In this document: piece by piece, positions 12,201-24,350 of the stretch | How the letters are laid out: each line of letters starts with the position of its first letter | Numbering within the stretch: position 1 is the stretch's first letter | Assembly (NCBI RefSeq): GCF_009914755.1 | Contig: NC_060927.1 | Reading direction: 5' to 3' (one strand) | Length of the DNA: 64,000 nt | Source: the human T2T-CHM13v2.0 reference genome, Homo sapiens | Position numbers and translations under genes: made by a program | Notes under the pieces: model-generated | Seen by the model: the letters and a program-made list of their open reading frames with translations, nothing else | What the model was told of the DNA's origin: nothing | The model's database searches: none

Positions 12201-14216
12201 ACATGACTTCATAACCTTGGGAGCCATCTTCGTATTTTATCCTTAGATTGGCAAACACACCCAGTGCAAACAAGCAAGCAGAGAGGCCTCCACCACCGCA
12301 AAGGTTCATTTATGTCCTATTTTGAGAAAACCAGGAGAAATACACAAAAATCCAATTTTACAAAATAAAGCGCAGACAATTCACACTGCAAAAGGTTTCT
12401 TGACTTAGCCAACCTTTTCCCTAGGTTTCCTTAACCTGCCAGGTTCCCTCACACCCATTTCATGGTGCCTGAAACATTATGAAAAGCATTCATTAAAATT
12501 TTTGTCAGATGGGAAGAGTTTGAAATAAAATTTTACTTTTTCCAAGAAGATATTTACTATATAGAAAGATATCTGTTGAAGTTAATCCCTGTGTTTTTCC
12601 AGAGTCCCAGACATCAGCTCACAGAAGGAATTCAGTTGGGAGCAGAACGTCATCCCTTAACAGTGACTAGCCATGTGTACGTGGCAAATTCATCTCCCCA
12701 GGACTCAATTCCTCAGCTGTAAAAATAGAGAAAATAAAAATACCAACCTTCTAGGCTGATTGTGAGTATTAAATGGCAGTGTTAAATTAGTCCAGTGCCT
12801 ACCTAGTATCCAGGAAACGCTCATTCTTTGCTGGCTCAGATTATAGACCCCTATAATCAGGAATCAGTAACCTCATTTGGAGACCAGGGAAGATACGAGC
12901 AACAGGCATTAGACACAAACTTGTCACATAATATTTCAGTGACAATGTTGAAAGCTAAAATGACTCACAATGCCCAGAGCAACCCCGAGACCACCTCTGA
13001 CACTTCTGTAAACAATCAGTCACCTGCTCAGAGAAAAAGGAGAAACAATTGTATAAGACAAAAACATTGCTGTAAGAATATATGAAATATTTCAGATTTA
13101 AACTGTTTTTAGAGCTCAAGCCAGGGCACAGTGCTTGGGTTTCACACTCATTATCTTATGTAATCTTCTTAGATGTCTGTAAGCAGGTACAACTATTCCA
13201 TTTTACAGATGAGGAAACTGCCCAGAGAGGTTTTGCAATTTACAATGGCTACGTCAGTGGAGAGCTGGAATGAGAATCAATTCTGCTTGGCCAAGGCCCA
13301 TGCTGGGTTGCTCAGCGCCCCCAAGGGGCCTGAAGACTACCATTGTGACTGTCACTCTTTCTAGAAGTGTGGATTGATGAACTGCTGCCAACAGGACAGA
13401 AAGGGAGAAAGAATGGAGATCGCATAACTGTGTCGCCTCATGAAACAGATTTACACAGACAAGCTTAGGGAAGCCAGGTCTCCACTCTCTCTTCTATTAA
13501 AAGGCAAACACTCGGGAGAGATAACAGGCTTTGCTTGACAGTATACTGAAAACCAGATTCAGGGAGAAGAACAGCTGGAGGGATCTGGCAAGAGAAGTGG
13601 AAGCAGGATCAGGGAGACCAGAGACCCCTGAGGTCCATATCTCTGCCTTGTGGGGTTCATTTCCAGGATAAACACTGGCCTTCTGACCCTTTTCATTAAA
13701 ATTTCCCTTTTACAAAAAAAAGCTCAAGCACAGCAATGTTAATCTTTGCATATTGTGATTGATGCTAGAAATTGGGCCTAATGAAATAATTCAATCAAAG
13801 GAAAAAGGCTGTATGCCTAAGAAGATGTTCACTATATCATCACCTATAACATCAAGAAGCCAAAAAGAGACAACGTGGCCAACCACAGACTATTTGTTGG
13901 GAAAGTAAATAACGCAGCAATGTGGTAGAATGTTATATATCCATTAAAGCGTACACAGGTAATGATGTCATTTTCCATAAACCTGTGGTGAGAACATGAT
14001 GTCTGCTGTAGTGTGATTCTATATACCAGGGGTCAACAAACACAACCCATGGGCCAAATCTTCACTTGCTTTGACAAACAGTTTTATTGGAACAAACTAT
14101 AACCATTCATTTCTGCATTTTCTACGGCTGCCTTTGTGGTCAAATGGCAGAGCTGAATGGTTGCAGTAGACACAATACGGTCTGCAAAGCCAAAAACACT
14201 TGTTATCTGGTCTTTT

Positions 14217-14514
14217 ATTTAATTAAATAAAATTTTTTTAAGATAAGGTCTTGCTCTGTTGCCCAGACTGGAGTGCAGTGGTATGATCATAGCTCACTAG
14301 AGCCTCAAACTCCTAGGCTTAAGTGATCCTCCTGCCTCAGCCTCCCCAGTAGCTGGGAACATAGGTGTGTGTTACCACACCTGGCTAATTTTAAAATAGT
14401 TTTGGTAGAGACAAGGTCTTGCTATGTTGCTCAGGCTGGTCTCAAACTCCTGGACTGAAGTGATTCTCCCACTTCAGCCTCCAAAAGCACTGGGATTACG
14501 GATGTAAGCCACCT
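14217..14514 (-). mobile_element. AluJ-like
   Basis: Antisense Alu inside MER58A; degenerate TSD tctggtctttta/tctgacctttta. Confidence 0.88.
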
Positions 14515-14542
14515 GTCTGACCTTTTACAAAAAATGTTTGCT

Positions 14543-14851
14543 GGCCGGGTGCAAAGGCTCTTGCCTGTAATCCCAGCACTTTGGGAGGCCAAGGCAGGCA
14601 GATCACCTGAGGTCAGGAGTTCAAGACCAGCCTGGCCAACATGGTGAAACCTCATCTCTACTAAAAATACAAAAATTAGCCAGGCGTGATGGTGAGCACC
14701 TGTAATCCCAGTTACTCAGGAGGCTGAGGCAGGAGAATCACTTGAACTCGGGAGGCAGAGGTTGAAGTTAGCCGAGATCATGCTACTGCACTCCAGCCTG
14801 GGTGACAGAGTAAGACTCTGTCTCAAAAAAAAAAAAAAAAAAAAAAAAAAA
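14543..14851 (+). mobile_element. AluS-like
   Basis: Full-length Alu with long A tail; TSD ending gtttgct on both sides. Confidence 0.92.
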
Positions 14852-15193
14852 GGTTTGCTGACCCCTGCCCTATATTATCCATATATCTTATATTCTTTTG
14901 TATCTGTTCAATATTAAATTTTAAAATTATTTTAATTTTTTAAAAAGTTTCAGTGAACATTGCTGATTTTTGACACGTAGTCAATGCTTTCTAAAAATGC
15001 AATCAATTTATAATGCCATCAGCAAGGAGTTGGGGTATCATTTTTACCCTGTATACACTAAATATGTATCTACTATTTTGTTGCTGATTTAGAAGGTCTA
15101 AAATAAGGTCATTTCTTTCTTTGATTAGTAACAACTTAAATAATTCTTTAAGACTCATAGAAAATTATCTCAGCAAGCTCTTTCAAAGCATAA

Positions 15194-15532
<339 letters not shown>

Positions 15533-16161
15533 TGATTGATGAGCTATGAATTGGGTATCTTTAGGTTAGGGACCTCACCACCGGAGCACAGCTCAATCCA
15601 CTAGTTTTAGCCACAGTCTGCATCCCCCACCTTCTACCTACTCTCTGAAGCCAGCTGTGCTCTCTGAAAGGGTTCAAAATACACTGTTCGAGGTTTTTCT
15701 ATATCTGTAACATTGGAGTTTAGACTAAATCCTCTGAGAAATCCACATAGGGTTACAAACAGGCACACTGTCATTATCTGTAACTGCCACCCATAATCTC
15801 AAGTTCAAGCATCCCTCTCTCTGCTATTGCCCCATATGTCCCATTCACCCCATCCAGTCCCTAGTCTTACCAGCACCTTTGACCCATTGACCTTTTACTG
15901 TCCACCACCCCCTTGTGGTCTCACTTCCCTCCACTCCCAGTATAGAGTCCCTGGCCCAACCCTATACTTAACTCCCTTTGATCTATGCCAAGCAACTCTG
16001 CCACTCTCTCCCTCCATCCAGGCACTAACCAAGAAAACCTTAACTCTGTTTAATCCAGCCCCTCACATTCTGTATATCTCAATCTGGCAGCTCAACTTTC
16101 TTGGAGAAACAGAGACAACATGCAGACTCTTAGTTTAAATTCACAACCTCAAAACCTTAAG

Positions 16162-16175
16162 TGGCCCCCTGGTGG
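16162..16175 (-). promoter_or_regulatory. Candidate CTCF binding motif CCACCAGGGGGCCA
   Basis: 12/12 match to the core CCACCAGGGGGC; binding untested. Confidence 0.55.
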
Positions 16176-17441
16176 TGTGTGACAATCCTCCTACCTGCTT
16201 CCTCTCTCTACTTGTTCCCTGTCTTCTCCTCCCTTCTCAAACCTCTAATAACCCTTTGCTCTTTATCACTCTCAGCTGGTCACTTTCCTGCTTTTCTCAC
16301 TGGGTAAATTGAAGCAGTCCAGAGAGAAGGTTCACTTGATAATCATAATAGCAAACACAGCACTCACTCTGTGCCAGGCACTGCTCTGAATCCTTCACAC
16401 GTCAGTATGCATACATACAGAGCGGCCCTATGAGGAAGGTACAATTATCAACCTCCTTTTAAAGATGAGAAAACAGAGGCACTCAGATGCAAGGTAATAT
16501 ATAGATAGGAACTCAGTGGGGATGCCAGCCCAGGCAGTCTGGCTCAGAGCCATGTGGTTAACCATGAGGGTCTCCTGCCATCTTCTGGTGTCTGCACCCC
16601 TCTCTCTGCCTGCCCCCCTGCTGCAATGGATGCATTATGCTATCTCTGGCCAACTCCCCTTCCATGCACTGGATCCCATGCCCTCTCACCTCCTCAAATT
16701 CCTGCACTCATCTGCTTCCTCTCTCCTGCAGCATTTTTTCTTCTGTCTCCTAATCCCATCAGCATTCAAGCATCTTAAGAAACCAAATCTCCCTTAATTT
16801 CAGATACTCCTACAGTTTCCACCCAATTTTCTGTTCCCTTTTATATCAAAGTTCCTTTAAAGAGCTATCTTTACTCCCCGTCTTTATACCACATTTTTTC
16901 CCATTCTCCCTTGAATGCACTCCCATCAGACTTTGGCAAAGCCAAATACAATGGTCCATTTGCAGGCCCCAGCTTTCTTGACCCATCAGCAGCAATTCAA
17001 CACAGTTGATCAATTCTTTCTTCTTGATACTCTCTCTTCACGTGGCTTCCACAACATCACACTCCTCTGACTTCTATCTTACTTCACTGGCTGAACCTTC
17101 TTCATCTCCTTTGCTAGATTCTTCCCATCTCCCTGACCCCTCCATGTTGGAATATCCCAGAACCCTGTAATTGGATATTTTTCCCCATGTCTCTACTCAC
17201 TCTCTAGAGAAACTCATCCAGCCTCACGGCTTTGACCACCATCTATACATTGTTTCCTCTCAAACTTGTACCTGAGCCTCACTCATGAACTCCAGATTTG
17301 TATATATCCAAATGCCTACATGTCCTCTTGAATGCCTAGTGGATGGATATCTCAGACCTAATCAGATCCAAGACTGGATTTGTGATAGCCCCAACATCTC
17401 CAACGTGTTCTTCCCTAGTCTCCTCCTCCTCCATAAAATGG

Positions 17442-17882
17442 AGTGGTAATCTGTTACACTGATGACTTCCAATGAACCACACCTCCTGGAATTTACACTC
17501 TTGCATAATCCTCCTTCAATCTGGCCTGAATCTGTGACTTACTTTAATCAATAAAATAGAAGTGATCTTGTGCCAGTTTGGGGCCTAAGTCTTAGGAAGG
17601 CTTACCGGCTTCCACTTTTGCCCCCTTAGAAGCCTTGAGCTGCCATTTAAGAAGTCGGGCGACCCAGTTGGAGAAACCATGTGGGAAGAACACACGGAGA
17701 GGGAAAGGTCCTAAGACTTCATGAAGAAAGAAGAGCCCAGCTGTTCCAGCCAAGTCCAACTCACCAGTGAACAACAGGCAAGACCAGCAGAAGAGCTGCC
17801 CCGCTAAGCCCATTCCAGATTGCATAACCATGAATAAAAAAAATTGGGGGGGGTTAGTTACCAGCAATAGACAATTGAAACA
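17442..17882 (+). mobile_element. MLT1-family MaLR LTR
   Basis: MLT1-like body ending agcaatagacaattgaaaca; perfect TSD aatgg at 17437-17441 and 17883-17887. Confidence 0.75.
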
Positions 17883-18018
17883 AATGGCAACTAATAATAA
17901 ATGGCAATTAATAATAAAACAATAAAACAAATGGCAATTAGTAATTATTATTCTAGCTGTTCAGGCCAGAAATAAAAGAATAAAACAAAATTTAAAAACA
18001 CAATAAAACAAAAAATAA

Positions 18019-18514
<496 letters not shown>

Positions 18515-18559
18515 AGCTTCCTTCTCTCTTCTACCCTGACCCCTGCTGTTCACACCCTA

Positions 18560-18959
<400 letters not shown>

Positions 18960-19986
18960 TCAAAACCCTCCAATGGCCACCATATCACTCAAAACAACAT
19001 CCTGAGCCCTCACAATATCCTAAACGGCCCTATAACCTGCTGTCTCACCAACTTACTCTCCTGCCAATCCCACTCAATTCACTCTGATCCAACCACATTG
19101 GCCTCATGCCCAAATGCCAAACAAGGTCCATCTTGGGCCTTTTTCACCCCCATCCCCTCCGGCCAGAACACTCTTCCGTAGATGCTCACATGGCTGGCTC
19201 CCTCATTTAAATCTGGTCTCCACTAGAATGTTACCTAGTAGAATCCTACCCTGACCAGTTTACCTAAGAGGGACCCCCGTCCCACCACTAGCTACCCTCC
19301 CTGATATGCTCTATTTCTCTTCATTATACTTCATCTCCATCTCCTTTTCTTTTCCCTCCCTCCTTCCCTCTCTCTCACTTGTTTCTTGTCTGTTTCCTTC
19401 CATCATCACTCAGGCCCCATCAGGGCATGGATTCTCAATGTTCTGCTGCAATCCCAGTGTCTAAAACAGTATCTGGCATGTGCAGTGCTCAACAAATACA
19501 TGTTACATGAGTGAACACGTTACAAATTGTTGCTTTTCATATCCCTGAAAACTAGGTAAAAATGGTCCTACACCTGCAAGCTCAATATTGCATTTTGTGG
19601 GCCCTTCTCCTTGGAGCTTGGAACTTGGCACAACAGTCATGTCAGGATCTCCTGAATACCACATGATGTTACTCATTTGCTCAAACTTTCCAAGGCTTCC
19701 CATAGCCCTCAGGATCAAGTTTGTCCCCTTCACATGGCCCATAGGCTCTGCAGGACCTGATCCTAACGTCCACTCCAGGTTCAATGGAGCCACTCACCAG
19801 CATGCACAACACGCCAGACCTTCGGTGACCCTCCACCTCACTGTGGTTCCTCCATCCTCTCTTCTTTTCTAGGCTACCCACAATTTGTGGAAATACAGTG
19901 GGTTATTCCAGTGGAGGTAGTCACCAGTAACTTGGGGTTATGGTGCCACCCTGAGGAAAGAGGGCAGACAAGGGTGCTTCTAGAGG

Positions 19987-20164
19987 CAGGACCAGCTACA
20001 TGCTGTGTGGGGCACAGTGGAAAGTGAAAACACAAGTCCCCTTGTTGGAAAATTATTAAGAATTTCAAGACAGTGATAGCAGGGCATTAAACCAAGCATG
20101 GAGCCCTTCTGAGCATGGGGTGCTGAGCAACCTCACAGGTCAAACATCCACGAACCTGGCCCTG
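19987..20164 (+). mobile_element. MER45A-like hAT-Tip100 element
   Basis: Termini caggaccagct ... acctggccctg; about 180 bp with the characteristic core aattattaagaatttcaagacagtgatagcagggcattaaacc. Confidence 0.75.
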
Positions 20165-20599
20165 TCTGGTAACCACAGTGAACCATCGCAAGATACAGCA
20201 CTATGTGCCCAGTTGGGCTGGTAATGACTCACAAATGTGTCAACACTGGCACATCCTCAGGGACACGGAAGTGTACTTGTTTTTGGAGAGGGACTAGACC
20301 TTCATCCTTGAGGTGAAGAAGATTTTCTCTCCAGGGTGCCTGCTCATCAGATACTCCATTCTGGCTAAGTTCTTCCATTGCTTATTTAGTACAGGCTTAA
20401 TTTAATGACATGGACAACTGCCAAGAAGAGAAAAGGGGACAGTACGGAGAGAGGAAATTTCATCAACCTTTTTATAATACAGGGCAACAGAAGCCAAGAA
20501 ATCTCATGGGATAGTAACAGTTCTACCTCTTTCCCTCACAAGTATTTCAGCTTGTCAAGTCTTCCTTTGGTTTTTGAATGACAGAGTCTTCCAAGTAAA

Positions 20600-21132
20600 G
20601 TAAGTTAATAAACTATAGACAGGAAACGTTATTCTTTCAGGTACTCAACTGAGTATTGGGAGAAATGCAATGTCTGCTCTTTCAAGAAGAGGCTGTGGCT
20701 CTGGAAATGCAAAACAATCATATTCTAATAAAACAATAATAAATATGAAATGCACAGTTGTGATATTTCTTTATTTTAGAGCAAGACAGGAATAACGTGA
20801 AGTCGCTCAGACACTCAGCTTGCCATAATATAGTCCCCTCAATATTTTCTTGCTTCTCCATATCTGACCTTGGCAATTTCAATTTCTCTTACAATCTCTT
20901 TCCTCCATCATTCATGATTCTGAGTTTTATAAACATTAAAAAAAAATCCACAATGAGAATATATCCTACATCGTTACCCAGTACACATGTATCAAAAGAA
21001 CTAGGTTTCATGTGCAGAATGCTCTGATATTTTCTTCTGTATTTTATTTCATTCTTTAGAAATGGTGGCCTGACCTCCACTAAATTGGTTTCACAACTCA
21101 CTAATGGTTCATGACCCAGTTTGGAAACACTG
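20600..21132 (+). mobile_element. hAT-Charlie relic (MER119-like)
   Basis: Right end ccactaaattggtttcacaactcactaatggttcatgacccagtttggaaacactg; left boundary uncertain. Confidence 0.45.
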
Positions 21133-22811
21133 TGATTTTAGATTGTACTTGTACACGTTATCATCCACACTTCATCAAACTTCAACTCAAGCTCTGTCTG
21201 GGTGTCTACACAATCCACAAGAATAAAACATGGGCATCTTTTAAAAGCCAAGCACTTAAATGACTCCTGTAGCTGAAAAAACAATAAGCATTATCCAGCT
21301 AGGGGACTGAGATGAAGGGAAGGCAGCAGCATGGAGAACAAGTCGTCATAGCTTGGTGTGCAAAACAGAAGCAGCCACACAGAGGGTGGAGGATGGTGAA
21401 GAAGGAACTTTCTATGTCTGGCGTCCTCAGTGTGGGCCCACTGTTTTGTTTAAAGTGGTGCAGTCTCCCAGAATATCAGACACGCTCACATTCAAACCCA
21501 TGAAAACACTTCAAAGAAAAGATTTGTCTGTCATCTGAGAGGCTCCTATCTCCTCAGTCTCTCTCCTGTCTTCTATAAATGGTTAGTCACTCTGTTCTGT
21601 CATCTTCCTCCTCAAAGAATTCCTCACACTACTGCCGCTTCCCTCTCTCTTCTCTTGCCCCCTGCCTAGTCCGAGATGAGATTGTGGAATCCAGAGCCTC
21701 CACTGTGGCCAACCAAGCCAACTGCCCTTAGGGCTGTTCCCCAGGCTGTGCCTTCAGTGGCTCTGACATCCATATTTTTCTAGCTGGCCTTCAGAATCTA
21801 GAACTTCCTTCCCCAGCACACCCTCCCCGCAGATCATGTCTGTCTGTCTGTGTAACAGCTGCTTCTCTACCCTACCACAGTCGAACCACATAACATAGCA
21901 TTTCGTAAGGATAAGATGGTGACGCACTTGCTAGGAGCTCAGCACTGGGTTAGGTCCTCCGCACGCCTCATGCGATTCTCACACCACCGTGCCAGGAAGG
22001 CTCCCAACTGGAGTAACTGGCTGGGAGTGGAGCCCAGGAAGGCTGAACTCCAGGCTCTTTCTACCACCTGACAATGGCCCCAGTGACACCACACAAGCTT
22101 TCAGCTACGTACAAAATTGCCTTTCCTGCTTGCCTCTAGAATGAAGCTACTGACTAGAGGTGAGGGGTGACGTATGTGGGACCCTCTCCATGACGTTAGT
22201 GGTCAGGACACTGGTTCTGTTGGTGAGGTTCCTCAGGAAGCATCCTGCCTGCACTCAGCACCAAGAAGAGTTGGTTCCACTTCTACCTATGGCAATGAGA
22301 TTTGGATCAGCAACAAGGTTACCCTTGGGGACCAGCTGTTACAGCTAAGGACAGCCCTCAGAAGGTCGTGAGGTTGGGCGTGTAGAGTGGCGTCATTCCT
22401 GGTGCCACCATTTCCCTTCCCCATCTTTTCCCTCTATGGCCACTGTGCATAGCCATCTCTATAGGCCACCTACAGTTATCTCTAGAACATAGCAAGAAAC
22501 AAAGAAATAGTACCTTGAATTTTCCATACCATCTCATATGCTTTTTCTGATGTTCTCCCTGCCCTTGTAGAGTAGCAACAACTCCTCCCAAGATCAAATG
22601 CAGGGCTGTCCAGCCCTGAGGATAACCATTTATGTACAAATGTCCTTTCAAATTATACCTGGAATATCCATACTTGAAAGCAATGCTGGCCTTTTTCCCC
22701 ACTCTTCTTCTCCAATCTCACCACAACGAAAAGAATGTGCATAGAGAAGGCTTGAGGATAGAGACAGAACCCCAACAACTGACCACAAATCCAGGGGACA
22801 TGCCAACCTAC

Positions 22812-22961
22812 CTTGGTCAAATCCATTCCAAGTTTGAGTTGTGAAATGAGATGAAGAATTATACTACGCTGATCCTCCATGACGCCCAATTCCGTCTCTT
22901 CCTTATCTTCATTGTCACTTTTTTCATCTTCAGACAAAACCAATTCAGAGCCTGAGTTTGG
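22812..22961 (-). CDS. OSBPL10: OSBPL10 coding exon (about exon 7), 150 nt, phase 0-0; acidic tract and start of the ORD
   Basis: Acceptor tcattttag|CCA, donor AAG|gtaggt. Translates [50 protein letters not shown]; GMDLTK is the conserved OSBP-family ORD N-terminal motif. Confidence 0.97.
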
Positions 22962-24338
22962 CTAAAATGAAATAATCAATAAAAATCACCAGCTGGCCCA
23001 ATAGAAGTTAGAAATAAAGTGTATGAATTCACATGCTTTGCAATGACAGAAGAAACCCAATCCTGTCCCGGGCAGAGCTCCTCTGTGACCCAGTCCTATT
23101 GGCCACGGGGCAGACAAGTCCCCTGGGGGTCGGACCTGTGCCTTGGACACTGCATATCCCCTTTCATCTCTCCCGTCATCCCTGATTAGTGAGTGTAAGG
23201 ACTTCCCCTGACAAAACAGCTCCCTGTTCTTTAAGAAACTAACTATAGTATATGGGTATGAGCCCCCTTCATTTTGCCTATTAGCAAGTAGGAGTTTACC
23301 AAAGTTAGACTCCTGTTAACTTGCACAATCCAGGCCACTTCATATCTAATATAAATTTTTCTGTTTATAAGTAAAAGTTGGATTATCCAGGGACTAAAAT
23401 TATTTATGGAAAAACGTGCTCTAAGACTATTTCTACCCAAATCAATTAGGATCACTCTAGCAGGTATAAGAAAATGCTGAGAATTGGCATTAATTTAGGG
23501 AGGAAGACAACAAATGAAAATTTAAGGCAAAACTGAAACTTTATGATACTACTGGGATTCACACTGGCCAACATACCCTGCTTTCCTCGATGCAAGTTTA
23601 TTAATTCAATCACTCAATTCCAATTTTTCACATTACATAGAAAACAGGCAACTTAATAAACTGGGCAAGGGGATTATTGCACATAAAATTTTCCAGTATC
23701 CAAGTATTAAGGACTCTGGTTACAAGGTTAACTTGCCCTCAGAATTCTATTGAAAGAAGTATCCACATTCCACACTCCACATTTACCTATGTTCTTATGA
23801 TGCTTGCTTACATATAAGCAAAAGCACTCTGCACAGAACATTATACATTTCTTTCCAATTATCAATAACAGGTCAGACATAATATACAGAAATTCAGAAG
23901 CTCAAAGATGTTAAACATGAAAGGATACAGACTTGTCCAAATGTCCATGCAAAAAACGAACAATTTACTAACCTCATTAGACAGAATCATCTTATATCTA
24001 CAGGCACTTCTAACATACAAAGGTTATTTTAGTGGTCAAGGTGTTTAAAATTGTCTGGCCTTACATACCCACACGGACCATTCCTTTCCAACATTCCAAA
24101 GAGAGGTAATAACGGTGTTCCTTCCCTCCTGGGGTAGGCATTTTTAAAACTTCAACGTAAATAGACGTTTTCCACAGACATACTCCTAAGGTGTTCTCAA
24201 TCAGCTCTAAATAACCCCAATTCTAAAGAGATGGTTGGGAAGATCTCAGTGAAGCCCACAGGATATTCCCCCAGCCAAAAGCTGAGTTTTCTTTTATTAT
24301 GTGCCCAGTTCTCTAGCCACCTCATAATGGGTATTATC

Positions 24339-24350
24339 TGACGTCATTGG
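24339..24350. promoter_or_regulatory. Full palindromic CRE (TGACGTCA) overlapping an inverted CCAAT box (ATTGG)
   Basis: Sequence tctgacgtcattggca; function untested. Confidence 0.45.

Larger units (their letters stand above)
14027..14867 (+). mobile_element. MER58A-like hAT-Charlie element split by two Alus
   Basis: Terminal inverted repeats caggggtcaacaaac ... gtttgctgacccctg; body continuous once the Alus are removed. Confidence 0.8.
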
